Shown here: positions 28,673 through 38,430 of the stretch, one piece after another
Numbering within the stretch: the stretch's first letter is position 1
Layout of the letters: the number at the start of each line of letters is the position of its first letter
Origin: Mariprofundus sp.
GTDB lineage: Bacteria; Pseudomonadota; Zetaproteobacteria; Mariprofundales; Mariprofundaceae
Direction: 5' to 3'
Length of the DNA: 64,000 nucleotides
NCBI GenBank assembly: GCA_021772835.1
Contig: JAJFLE010000057.1
Location: 3,177-67,176, forward strand
Position numbers and translations under genes: made by a program
Notes under the pieces: model-generated
The model's database searches: none
The model's input: only the letters and a program-made list of their open reading frames with translations
Told to the model about the DNA's origin: nothing

Positions 28673-28994
28673 TGATTCGGGTCATCCATGACCCTCACCC
28701 TCCGGGCGACTTTTAGTCGTCCAATTTGGCTTCCTGCAAGATTGTGATTCGGGTCATCCGTGGCCCTCACCCTGTGGGCGAGCTGAAACTCGTCCCATTC
28801 GGCTATCCTGCCGAATGGTGATTCAACTCATCCGTGGCCCTCACCCTGTGGGCGAGCTGAAACTCGTCCCATTTGGCTATCCTGCCGAATGGTGATTCGA
28901 ATCATCCGTGGCCCTCACCCTGTGGGCGAGCTGAAACTCGTCCCATTCGGCTATCCTGCCGAATGGTGATTCAAATCATCCGTGGCCCCCAAGC
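28673..28994 (+). repeat. tandem array of a 74-bp structured unit (4 full units + a 5' partial fifth unit)
   Basis: Units start at 28673 (72 bp, diverged), 28745, 28819, 28893 and 28967 (partial). The consensus is TGATTCNNNTCATCCGTGGCCCTCACCCTGTGGGCGAGCTGAAACTCGTCCCATTCGGCTATCCTGCCGAATGG. The 74-bp period is not divisible by 3. Confidence 0.95.
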
Positions 28995-29334
28995 TTTTAT
29001 TGTAATAGAACAATACGGCGGAATGGTGATTTTCGGCCTCTTTGAGTCAGTCATGACCATCGCAGTCCTAAATGGCTACATTAGTCACATGGTCATCTTA
29101 GCTTACTATAAACAGCCCGGTCTACTTTTGGTTGCCATTATATAGACAATAAAAAATCGACTATAGAATCAAACCGATTGAAGTTCGCCCAGTATGTAAG
29201 AGGTGATCTTTTTCAGTTTACCTTCGTTTATGTTATTAAGATCAATTTTCAAATTCCTGTCGTAGGCATTTTGAATGATTATCTTAATGGCATCATTTGC
29301 TGCGCTATCCTCGTCATTTATACATCTGTAGTGG

Positions 29335-29707
<373 letters not shown>

Positions 29708-29711
<4 letters not shown>

Positions 29712-30034
29712 AGTGTTTCACTCCTTTGCTGAATGCGTTTTCGTTCCTTGGTGAACCGCCACCAGGAAAGGATTTCACCATGTTCCATAAAATGAATGGC
29801 AGCCATGAATACATCAATGATGCAGGGGTCAACTGCTTGGCCTTTCATCAGGCAAAGCTCTGCATGCAACTCAAATGGATCTTTCCCGATCAATTGGATG
29901 GGATGCTTTATGCCGATGGATTGAAGCTTCATTGCAATTGCCTTGCCAATATTCGGCAGCGCTTCCAGTTGAGCTACTGTATTCCGATCAGAAGATTTCA
30001 AGGTCAACACCTTCCGGCTTAACATGACTTCCAA
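29708..30034 (-). CDS. helix-hairpin-helix protein (mitomycin-resistance McrB / TfoX-C-like family)
   Basis: Carries LEALPNIGKAIAMKLQSIGIKHPIQLIGKDPFELHAELC...DPCIIDVFMAAIHFMEHGEILSWWRFTKERK. Confidence 0.65.
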
Positions 30035-30053
30035 TTCCGATAGTCATCCACGA

Positions 30054-30731
30054 CTATGGTTTGAATGCGCTCGCCAACCGGTTGAATTGAATTAACTCAG
30101 ATATTTCATCGGCAAATTTTTCAGAACTTAATTTAGCCAGCAATGCAAAGGCCGCCTGATAGCTGATCGGGCCACCGTTGGAAGTAATGATGCCATCGTC
30201 AATCACGATGTTGGTATCATACTGAACATTTATGTTGGGATACGCCTTGGCTAAACCTTTTTCACCACCTGCCCAAGTCGTGGCGCGTTTGCCATCGAGC
30301 ACACCTGCTTTACCCAGTAGGAATGCCCCCGAACAGTTACTGGCCATCCATGATGCCAATTTTTGTTGTGTTTGGATAAACAGGATTAATTTTTTATTAT
30401 CCAGCAAAGCATCCATCTCATAAGCGCTGGGCACAATCAACACATCCAGCTTGATGTCATCATAGATGCTTTTGTCGGCAATGATTTTCAGGCCTTCCTC
30501 TGAACGCACCGTCTTATTTCTGGTCGTCGAAATGATCACCACTTCATAAGATGAGAACCACGCCTTTTTCGTCGCAGCCCCAAACACCTCGACAGGTGCT
30601 GTCACATCACTGGTCAGAAAACCGTCGAATACCAGAATGCCAATTTTAGAAGTCGCAGCCTGAGTCGAACTAGAAAATAGTATCACCAGACAAAACAGAC
30701 TGGAAAATATAGATCGTTTCGCTCTGATCAT
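30054..30731 (-). CDS. DJ-1/PfpI-family protein with signal peptide
   Basis: Signal peptide MIRAKRSIFSSLFCLVILFSSSTQA, then IGILVFDGF and the nucleophile-elbow motif ASNCSGAFLLGKAGVLDGKRATTW. Confidence 0.8.
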   Translation of the reverse strand: MIRAKRSIFSSLFCLVILFSSSTQAATSKIGILVFDGFLTSDVTAPVEVFGAATKKAWFSSYEVVIISTTRNKTVRSEEGLKIIADKSIYDDIKLDVLIVPSAYEMDALLDNKKLILFIQTQQKLASWMASNCSGAFLLGKAGVLDGKRATTWAGGEKGLAKAYPNINVQYDTNIVIDDGIITSNGGPISYQAAFALLAKLSSEKFADEISELIQFNRLASAFKP

Positions 30732-30961
30732 ATGCGCTCCTTTTTTAATCTAGTTTCTGCAAGTCATTGTGCGTGCAGTTTGCCTGATATTTTCAAGCCG
30801 TCACGTATATTTAAACCCATCAACCCCGGCCAGTTTCATTTATTCGTTCAAGTCCTACATGGCTCCCCATTTCGGACAAATCCGGGCACCATTGGAATGA
30901 GGTTATTTTTATCGGCGAATGCAAGACCATTTCCAGCCAAAAGAAAGTTTTTCCTACCCCT

Positions 30962-31420
30962 TCAACTAATTTCTTTTTCCATATATGAATGTTGATAAGT
31001 TGCATGTTTATATTCACCAAACGGCTCACACAAATTAAATCCATTCTTTAGATAAAGGTGATAAGCATTCTCAAATTGATCACTTGTTTCGAGCTTTAGG
31101 GATGCCTTCCGCCTGTGTGCAGCCACTCGTTCAAGCTCATTTAACAAAAGGACTGCTAGACCTCTTCCACGATATTCTTCTAGAACGAACATTCGTGTTA
31201 TTTCTGCATAATCATCAATAAATTTTAATCCGGCCATTCCACACAGCGTTCCATTGCAGAGTATTCCAAGCAATATTGAGCTAACCCTCTCCAGTTCATC
31301 TGGTTGGGTTAAGTGACACTCTTCTGGAAGGCAATGTGTCATGTTGTGTGCATCAAGAAGCTTAAACAGCTCCTTCACCTCAATATTTGTTGGAGAAATT
31401 TGTGTAATTTCAATTTTCAT
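30962..31420 (-). CDS. GNAT-family N-acetyltransferase
   Basis: Acetyl-CoA-binding motif VLEEYRGRGLAVLLLNELERVA. 152 aa. Confidence 0.8.
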   Translation of the reverse strand: MKIEITQISPTNIEVKELFKLLDAHNMTHCLPEECHLTQPDELERVSSILLGILCNGTLCGMAGLKFIDDYAEITRMFVLEEYRGRGLAVLLLNELERVAAHRRKASLKLETSDQFENAYHLYLKNGFNLCEPFGEYKHATYQHSYMEKEIS

Positions 31421-31516
31421 ATCTTTGTGAATCGTAGACAGATTTCACTCCAATGTTAAATATCCGCTTTTTGGAAACGAACACGTTGCTAGATTCGAGT
31501 TATAAATAGGCATGGT

Positions 31517-31792
31517 TCACTGCTTTTGATTTATTTCATGGATCAATGCATTGAGCTGAAGTTGCTTTTCCGCATCAATGCATCCAAAGAGCTTTGCATC
31601 AATGCTCTCAACCGCATGAATCACGCACGGAATCATTTTCTGGCCAGACTCGGTTAGTGAAACAGATACCGAGCGTGTGTCATGGTTGCTTTTGATACGG
31701 TTTACCAATTCAAGCGCATCCGGTTCCACAAGCATGGCTTGCAACGATTGCATCTTATCCATGCGCGAATCCCTGCCATGCACCCACCGCAT
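31517..31792 (-). pseudogene. MarR-family regulator, probable C-terminal remnant
   Basis: Only the wing and dimerisation part is recognisable (LELVNRIKSNHDTRSVSVSLTESGQKMI). The expected N-terminal ~50-60 aa are missing, and that space is occupied in another frame by the upstream membrane-protein gene. Confidence 0.5.
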
Positions 31793-32228
31793 AGCAAGCG
31801 CCGATGAAAAGGCAGAGCACCGAGCTGATTACCATAAACAACATCTTCTCTTTGAGCTCAAGTGCATATGGATACTTCAGGAAGAGCACAGCCGGAATTG
31901 CCAGCAGTCCCCGCAACAAAAACACCACTGAAATCAGTGCAAGCGACTCCCTTAATAAGGGCAATCGGGGAAGCATCCCCGCAGCCGAGAATCCATACAA
32001 TGCCCAAACTCCTAATGCAGAAGCAATCACTCCGGTCACAATGGCCGGGTGGCGGGAGCCTTTTTCCGCAAGCTGAGCCATGCGTTCGCCTGCGCCGAAG
32101 AGGCGATACCAATCGGCTCCACCGAAGATGATGGCAATGTGCAAGGCCGCGGCGATCAAGCTTAGTAGACCGGCTGTCATCAAAAAAATATTGTACCGGT
32201 GTCCGGCAACCTCAATCAAATATTCCAT
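31755..32228 (-). CDS. small integral membrane protein (4 predicted TM), unknown function
   Basis: Hydrophobic segments LMTAGLLSLIAAALHIAIIF, AIVTGVIASALGVWALYGF, LALISVVFLLRGLLAIPAVLF and LFMVISSVLCLFIGACYAV. Confidence 0.55.
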   Translation of the reverse strand: MEYLIEVAGHRYNIFLMTAGLLSLIAAALHIAIIFGGADWYRLFGAGERMAQLAEKGSRHPAIVTGVIASALGVWALYGFSAAGMLPRLPLLRESLALISVVFLLRGLLAIPAVLFLKYPYALELKEKMLFMVISSVLCLFIGACYAVGAWQGFAHG

Positions 32229-32256
32229 TCTTGGCCAGCCCCCAATTAATCATAGC

Positions 32257-33567
32257 TTACGCACTGGTCCAGCGGTTTTGCATGCGCACGGTTGCGCCCA
32301 TCTGCTCGAAGATTTTATACAAACCGTAGAGCGTGCGGTCGGTAAAAACAAAATCACTGTTTAATACAAGATAACCATCGTCGAAACCTTTATGTTTTCT
32401 GATATTTTCAAGCAGTTTCAGGCTCTCTGCGGCATATCCGGCATTGGCGGCGAAATCAAAATATTCACATTTGAAGGGTCGGCTAACCCAATCAAAAAAC
32501 GGTGACAGGATTGTATCGAAATATGCGTTTGAAAAACCATCACCTGAGTCCGACTTGAGCATGCCCAGCTCTCTATAAGTATCCAACAGCGTATCTGTAT
32601 CGGCAACCACAACTGCTTGGTATAGCGTAGATAAATTTACTGCAAAGCGTGCCGTAAGGGTTTTGACACAGCCAAAATCAATCAGGCCAAGCTTGCCATC
32701 TTCACAAAAAAGATAATTGCCGGGATTGGGATCGGCATGAAAACGATTCAGCTCGAATACCGAACGGATATAAATATCATAAATAGTCTGAGCGGCTTGG
32801 TTGCGCTGCTGCTGTGGCGGATTTGTCGCCAGCCACTCCTGCAGGTGTTTGCCTTCCAGCTTCTCCATACTGAGCAGGTGTTTGCTACTCCACTGATCAT
32901 ACACCGCAGGAATAATCACCTGACCCATCTTCAGATGCTGATCAAACCACCGGATATTATCCGCCTCCAACTGGTAGTCGGTCTCTTCCTGCATGCGGGT
33001 TTCAATCTCGCTCAAGGCGTGGCCTGCTGATTCATAGCCCTGCATGTGTTTTATGAGTTGCCTGACCATCTGAATATCACTCTTGATGGTGGCATCAATG
33101 CCAGGGTATTGTACTTTGATCGCCAGCTTCAAACCATCCTTCGCACACGCATTATGCACCTGACCAAGGCTTGCTGCGGCAAATGCCTGAGTATCAAATG
33201 ATGCAAACACCTGATCTGGTGCGTGACCCAGCTCCTGCCGCACCACCTTGCGAATCAATGCCCGATTAAGCGGGGGCACCTGATAGTAGGATTTGGCCAA
33301 TTCATGGCGGTAACGTTCAGGCAACATATCTGTTTCCATGCTAAGCATCTGGGCTATTTTTAATGCTGTACCGCGCAGTTGCGTCAAGGCATTGAAAATA
33401 ACCTTGGCATTAGCTGCATCTGTTTCCTGTTCATGCTGGTCTCGATTTTCGGCAGAGAGAAAGGGGCGCTTGGCAACATGAGACAACTGACGAGCGCCGA
33501 CTCTGGCCGCAGTCATGGCCGCCAGACCGGAGCGCTTCAGTTTTCCACTTGGAATATCGCTACTCAT
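32257..33567 (-). CDS. ABC1/AarF/UbiB-family atypical kinase
   Basis: 436 aa. Carries ...FDTQAFAAASLGQVHNA...LAIKVQYPGI...FHADPNPGNYLF...LIDFG, the ABC1-kinase signature. It overlaps the upstream TetR gene by 8 nt. Confidence 0.82.
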   Translation of the reverse strand: MSSDIPSGKLKRSGLAAMTAARVGARQLSHVAKRPFLSAENRDQHEQETDAANAKVIFNALTQLRGTALKIAQMLSMETDMLPERYRHELAKSYYQVPPLNRALIRKVVRQELGHAPDQVFASFDTQAFAAASLGQVHNACAKDGLKLAIKVQYPGIDATIKSDIQMVRQLIKHMQGYESAGHALSEIETRMQEETDYQLEADNIRWFDQHLKMGQVIIPAVYDQWSSKHLLSMEKLEGKHLQEWLATNPPQQQRNQAAQTIYDIYIRSVFELNRFHADPNPGNYLFCEDGKLGLIDFGCVKTLTARFAVNLSTLYQAVVVADTDTLLDTYRELGMLKSDSGDGFSNAYFDTILSPFFDWVSRPFKCEYFDFAANAGYAAESLKLLENIRKHKGFDDGYLVLNSDFVFTDRTLYGLYKIFEQMGATVRMQNRWTSA

Positions 33568-34300
33568 GGGGTGGCTCCATAAACGGACGTTTGCGAATTA
33601 CCTTTTTTATGGGGCTTGCCGCAAGGTTGTCGAGCAAGGAGCTGATATGTTGACGGAACAGAAATGAAACGATATCGAGCGCTTTGACAACCACGCCGCT
33701 CTGTAACAGGCTGACAACCAGATCAAGACTTTTGTCCAGCAACTGGGTCGTGCGCGTGAATCTTTCCGAATCATCTTTGAGCCAGTAACACAGAATGCCC
33801 AGATAAAGATCGGTGGTCAGTTCCGGGAGCAGGCCCTGATACGGTTGCTCGGGAATCTCTTCCGCCTCAATGGCTGCATCCAGCATATCGCTAACGACTT
33901 CGATAAACATGGCGCGGCTGTTGGCCATCTCACTTTTGCTGACAACTGGCGTTTGAAAGGCTCGCTCAAAGGCAATCGCCACAAACTCCCTATCTGGCAG
34001 GAATTGTTCCAGCTTGGTTTCAATCAAGGTATGTAGCTGTTCCTGAAGCGTATATGTATGAAAGTCGCTTATGTCCTTCAATATCTCAACCGTCGTCAGT
34101 TGCGATTCTTCAAAATACGCCACCAGTATTTTTTCCTTAGTGGGGAAGTAGTTATAGATGGTGGCATCAGAAACTTCACCACGCCGGGCAATCTCTCGCA
34201 TAGTGGCCGCCTTAAAGCCTTTTTCAGTGATGACATCAACGGCTGCCGCTATCAATTTCCGCCGTGTTTTGAGTTGCTCCTTCTGACTAACCTTCATAAG
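33560..34300 (-). CDS. TetR-family transcriptional regulator
   Basis: The N-terminal HTH is RRKLIAAAVDVITEKGFKAATMREIARRGEVSDATIYNYFPTKEKIL. Start taken at MKVSQKE. Confidence 0.85.
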   Translation of the reverse strand, partial: LMKVSQKEQLKTRRKLIAAAVDVITEKGFKAATMREIARRGEVSDATIYNYFPTKEKILVAYFEESQLTTVEILKDISDFHTYTLQEQLHTLIETKLEQFLPDREFVAIAFERAFQTPVVSKSEMANSRAMFIEVVSDMLDAAIEAEEIPEQPYQGLLPELTTDLYLGILCYWLKDDSERFTRTTQLLDKSLDLVVSLLQSGVVVKALDIVSFLFRQHISSLLDNLAASPIKKVIRKRPFMEPPHE

Positions 34301-34382
34301 AACCTCCGATACAATAAACACTATAGTTAAATATCATATTAACTGTCAATATACTATTGTAGTTTAATTCATAGAGGGTGCG

Positions 34383-34640
34383 TCATATCATGTTATTACC
34401 GAATTTGTTTTGGATAATTACTTCAGGTGAATCAAGCTTCCCGCCTCTTGGGCACGGCTCCTTGATGCACTTTCCAATCGCCACGAATATGGCAATGACA
34501 TGATCTTCGGGTAAACGGATCAGTTCAGCTACTGCCTCAAAATCAAACCCATCTATCGGGCAGGAGTCATAGCCTAAACCTTTTGCAGCCAGCATCAGTG
34601 TTTGGGCGGCAATGCCACAAGAGCGTCCCTCATTCCCGGC
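34383..34640 (-). pseudogene. nitroreductase-family gene, C-terminal fragment
   Basis: The frame is open upstream of the track ATG: ...GRSCGIAAQTLMLAAKGLGYDSCPIDGFDFEAVAELIRLPEDHVIAIFVAIG. A stop lies ~25 codons further up and no N-terminal FMN-binding part is present. Confidence 0.7.
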
Positions 34641-34857
34641 ATCACCCAGCGCATGCTGACGAAACAGTTACGAGAACTTGAGTCAGATCAGATATTCGCC
34701 GCAAGGTTTATGCTGATTGTCGTCCAAGGTAGCATATTCCATGGCAGAATTCGGCCGAATCCTTGCCCCCACACTCGATGCTCTGCAAGCATGGGGCGAA
34801 GATTATATCCAAAAGCTTTCGCTTATCCGGAACAAAACTCAAGAAAGCGCTGGTTGA
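34629..34857 (+). pseudogene. HxlR-family regulator fragment, N-terminally truncated with two frameshifts
   Basis: IPGITQRMLTKQLRELESDQI in one frame, RRKVYAD in a second frame, and KVAYSMAEFGRILAPTLDALQAWGEDYIQK in a third together reconstruct the HxlR wing and C-terminus. Confidence 0.65.
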
Positions 34858-34884
34858 ACTTGCTTATCCGCATGCGTGAGAATT

Positions 34885-35178
34885 TTAGTGATTACTCCTG
34901 TATTCACGGATAATTTCTACAACCTGAATGTGATATGACCTGTACCATTTTGATTTGCCAAACTCTTGCGCAGCCAGATGTTCAACATCCTGCTTCCATC
35001 GCCGTATCTGCTCCTGACTCTGCCAATATGAAATAGCAATTTCATTCGCGCCTTCAATAGCAGACGTAAATTCGGTACAGCCATATTTTTCCATTGCCAG
35101 CTTTCTCATTCGCGCCGCCATCTCCACATAAGCTTCATCAAGCCTGTTAACTTCGGCTCTGAATATAACTGCATACAT
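34885..35178 (-). CDS. antibiotic-biosynthesis-monooxygenase (ABM) domain protein
   Basis: 97 aa. MYAVIFRAEV...GCTEFTSAIEGANEIAISYWQSQEQIRRWKQDVEHLAAQEFGK is an ABM ferredoxin-like fold pattern. Confidence 0.7.
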   Translation of the reverse strand: MYAVIFRAEVNRLDEAYVEMAARMRKLAMEKYGCTEFTSAIEGANEIAISYWQSQEQIRRWKQDVEHLAAQEFGKSKWYRSYHIQVVEIIREYRSNH

Positions 35179-35187
35179 TAGTTACTT

Positions 35188-35250
35188 CCCTTCACCCTGC
35201 GGGCGAGCTGAAACTCGTTCATCAACGCCCAAGCGCCCTGCAAGGATGGC
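35188..35250 (+). repeat. 3' part of a 74-bp repeat unit (direct orientation), right flank of the island
   Basis: CCCTTCACCCTGCGGGCGAGCTGAAACTCGTTC closely matches the unit core CCCTCACCCTGTGGGCGAGCTGAAACTCGTCC. It continues with ...CCCTGCAAGGATGG, which resembles unit 1 (TTCCTGCAAGATTG). Confidence 0.8.
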
Positions 35251-35323
35251 ATACACGGATGTGCGTGATGAATTCCTCAACCCTGAGAAATAGTGGCATA
35301 TCATTTGCTCGGGATGATCACTT

Positions 35324-37465
35324 ATGAACGAGATCGCCAATCATTCAACCCAAAACAAGCTGCACACAATCATGGTCATTGATGACGATGAGATGCTGCG
35401 AGAAGTCATGATTGAGACTCTGCGTGACGATGGGTATGCAGTCGTACAGGCTGGTAATGGCAAGGAAGCTTTAGAAATCCTCGAACAATCAACTCCCGAA
35501 CTGATCCTTGTTGATGTCATGATGCCTGTCATGAACGGCTATGAGTTTTGTAAAAGACTGCGCAAACTGCCAAACGGGCACAATGTGCCCGTCATTATCA
35601 TGACTGGGCAGGGTGATGTTGAGGCCATTGAAACGGCCTTTGATAGCGGCGCCACAGACTTTATCTCAAAACCTGTCAACTGGCACATCATCGGACATCG
35701 AATTCAGTATACCCTACGAGCCAGCCAGGCTATGAAGGAAGCCACCCTGAATGCCAAGCTTCTTTCCGACGCCCAGCGCATAGCCAAGCTGGGCAACTGG
35801 AGTTGGGACACCGGCACCAAGCAAATGCATGTCTCGACAGCGGCGTATCGCATTTTCGGAGTGCCGCACACATCTCCCGGCATATTTTATCAGATGCTAC
35901 GCTCTTCCATCGACTCTGATGACAGCGATGCTTTTGAGCTGGCTATCCAGCAGGCTCAGGGCGGAACCCCTAGCGACGTTGAAATTCAGGTCATTCCGCC
36001 AGACGGCAAATGCCGTTCATTGCACATACATGTCGAACGTGTGCCTGACGGGGGAGTATCCCAACTCTTCGGTACATTTTAGGATATCACTGAGAGAAAA
36101 AATGCAGAGGCAGAAATTCGCCAGCTGGCTTACTACGATGCAGTAACCGGGCTGCCTAACCGAACCCTGTTTAAAGAACACCTGCAAGTTGCCCTGCATC
36201 AGGCAGAGCGAAACGGTACTAAAGTTGCTGTGATGTTTCTGGACCTGGATAACTTCAAACGCATCAACGACAGTCTTGGCCACAAGGCAGGCGACCAGCT
36301 GCTTGAAGAAGTCTCCAGACGACTACAACAAAGCGTCCGCACCACTGACGTCGCAGCAATAGATAAACCCGGAGGCAGTGGTCATTCACTGGCAAGACTT
36401 GGTGGTGATGAATTCACAGTCATGCTCAGTGGCATTAAGGATTTACATCATGTCGGCATCGTTGCCGATCGAATTCTGAAAAACCTGAGTGAACCGGTCA
36501 TGCTGGAAGGAAATCGCGTGGTCGTTACCTCCAGTATAGGCGTTTCAATTTACCCTGAGGATGGCAGTGAAATTGACTCACTGCTCAAACATGCCGATGC
36601 CGCCATGTATCAGGTTAAATATAAAGGGCGCAACGGTGTGTTCTTTTATGATGATGAACTGCGCCAGCAGAGTCAGAATAGAATCCAGCTGGAAGCTGAA
36701 CTGTACAAAGCACTTCAAAATGATGAGATGACGCTGTTTTACCAACCCAAAGTTAACGCCACCACCCAGAAGGTTGAAGGATTTGAAGCACTGATTCGCT
36801 GGATTCATCCGGAAAGAGGCATGGTATCCCCGGCCGATTTCATTCCCGTCGCAGAAGAGTCAGGGCTGATTATTCCGATGGGCAAATGGGTCATTAAAAC
36901 TGCCTGCAAGCAGCTGCAAGCATGGCGCAAAGCAGGTGCAGGGCCGATCACGATGGCTGTAAACATTTCATGCCATCAGTTTGCAGACCATTATCTACTG
37001 GAATCTGTCGAGCAGATTTTCGAAGAGACAGGCGTAGAGCCGGAGCTCATTGAATTTGAACTGACTGAAAGCGTCCTGATGCAGGATGCTGAAACCGCGA
37101 TGAAAGTGCTCAAGGAAATGAAACGCATGGGGCTGAAATTGTCCGTTGATGATTTTGGTACCGGTTATTCAAGCATGAGCTACCTCAAACATTTCCCGTT
37201 GGATGTTATTAAAATTGACCGCTCATTTATCATGGACATTCCACACGATGAACAGGACATGACCATCACCACAGCCATCATCTCTCTGGCCAGGGCCCTG
37301 GAGCTTGGCGTAGTTGCCGAAGGTGTGGAAACTCAGGAGCAGCTGGCCTTCCTTCGCGACTGTGATTGCGAGCAGATTCAGGGCTTCCTGTTCAGCCCCC
37401 CTGTACCCGCTGAAAAAGCTGAGCCTATGATTTACAAACCTTTCTCTATAGGGACAGACGATTAA
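35324..37465 (+). pseudogene. REC-PAS-GGDEF-EAL protein gene interrupted by one in-frame TAG (36080-36082)
   Basis: ORFs 35324..36082 and 36230..37465 are in the same frame. Reading through gives ...[36 protein letters not shown]...MFLDLDNFKRINDSLGH...RLGGDEFTV...FEALIRW...DDFGTGYSS...QGFLFSPP. Apart from the stop, the REC (LVDVMMP), GGDEF and EAL motifs are all intact. Confidence 0.75.
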
Positions 37466-38421
37466 GTCAGACTATGGTAAACCTGAGCCACACCTTCGGG
37501 CTCACACACCAGCAATGCATCACAACCGGCTTTCAGGGCCGCATGAGCAGCATGCAGCACATCTTCGCCCACGCCTTTCATGCACAAATCATCGGACCAG
37601 ATACGGCCAAAGAAGTGCATGCGCTCTCTTAACACATGATGCACCCAGAACGGTGAAACCGTAGCCACTTCCGGTCGCACCTGCGAATAAATTACATGCG
37701 CAGTCATGATATGTTTCAGCCCACTCGCAATCAGGGCAGAAAACGGCTCGGATTCATCAAACAACGTATTCAAAGCAACATCCACCACCGGCACAGCCAC
37801 ATGTGAATCGGCATTGGCACGACCATGGCCGGGAAAGTGTTTGCCGACTGCTTCAATGCCTGCATCGTGCAGGCCGCGCATGCAGGCTGTTGCCAAAGCC
37901 ACGACCTGAGCCACGTCTTCGCCGAAGGAGCGCTTGCCGATAATCGAATGACCCTCAATACAAAACAGGTCCAGCACCGGCGCGCAGTTATGCGTAAAGC
38001 CGAGTTCTTTCAATGCCTCACCTGTAACAAAACTGTCCTGATAAACGGCCTGAATAGCAGTGCCAGCATTGCGGGCATACATCTCTCCATACTCCGCAGC
38101 ATGACGACGATTATTCAATGGAGCCCATGGCAGCCGATTCACCCTGCCTCCCTCTTCATCAATGGCAGCCCATGTAGCTTGACCGGTACAGGACCGCACT
38201 TCAGATAACAGTGATTTCACCTGCTCCGGGCTGTCGATATTGCGGGCAAACAGGATGACACCGAGCGGCGGCTTACTCTTAAGCCAGGCGCGCTCCTGAT
38301 CTGTCAAACTCAACCCTTTCAAACCGACAATCAGATGTTCATTAATCAATGATGACTCCCCGCAGCTTTTTCTGCGTTGCTTGCGCATGTACCCTAAGCC
38401 CAACCTGGCCATACTGCACAA
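37462..38421 (-). CDS. nagZ: beta-N-acetylhexosaminidase (GH3)
   Basis: Carries GVILFARNI...AIDEEGGRVNRL...KHFPGHGRANADSHV. The precise start is uncertain (ATG 38421 or 38388). Confidence 0.88.
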   Translation of the reverse strand: MCSMARLGLGYMRKQRRKSCGESSLINEHLIVGLKGLSLTDQERAWLKSKPPLGVILFARNIDSPEQVKSLLSEVRSCTGQATWAAIDEEGGRVNRLPWAPLNNRRHAAEYGEMYARNAGTAIQAVYQDSFVTGEALKELGFTHNCAPVLDLFCIEGHSIIGKRSFGEDVAQVVALATACMRGLHDAGIEAVGKHFPGHGRANADSHVAVPVVDVALNTLFDESEPFSALIASGLKHIMTAHVIYSQVRPEVATVSPFWVHHVLRERMHFFGRIWSDDLCMKGVGEDVLHAAHAALKAGCDALLVCEPEGVAQVYHSLT

Positions 38422-38430
38422 CAGCCCATG

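Noticed and set aside
28745-28966. tRNA-like interpretation, based on the 74-nt unit length and a TTCGAAT string in TGATTCGAATCA.
   Set aside because: I could not fold a cloverleaf. There is no acceptor stem, the flanks of TTCGAAT do not form a 5-bp T-stem, and the 3-nt core is the most variable part of the unit.
28673-28994. CRISPR array interpretation of the repeats.
   Set aside because: Units are contiguous with no unique spacers. The unit is far longer than CRISPR repeats, and no cas genes are in the window.
28873-29145. 90-aa ORF running through the repeat array (MAILPNGDSNHPWPSPCGRAETRPIRLSCRMV...).
   Set aside because: The 74-bp period is not divisible by 3, so successive units are read in different frames. 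The ORF simply exploits stop-free repeat sequence.
36080-36082. Pyrrolysine or programmed read-through explanation for the in-frame TAG.
   Set aside because: No pyl genes or recoding signals are visible in the window, and the organism looks like an ordinary proteobacterium. A nonsense mutation or sequencing error is far more likely. It is kept as a finding only for the gene-split consequence.
37462-37465. The convergent GGDEF-EAL and nagZ genes share a TTAA, so their two stop codons overlap on opposite strands.
   Set aside because: It is real but trivial. It is a consequence of compact convergent genes, with no evidence of regulatory meaning.
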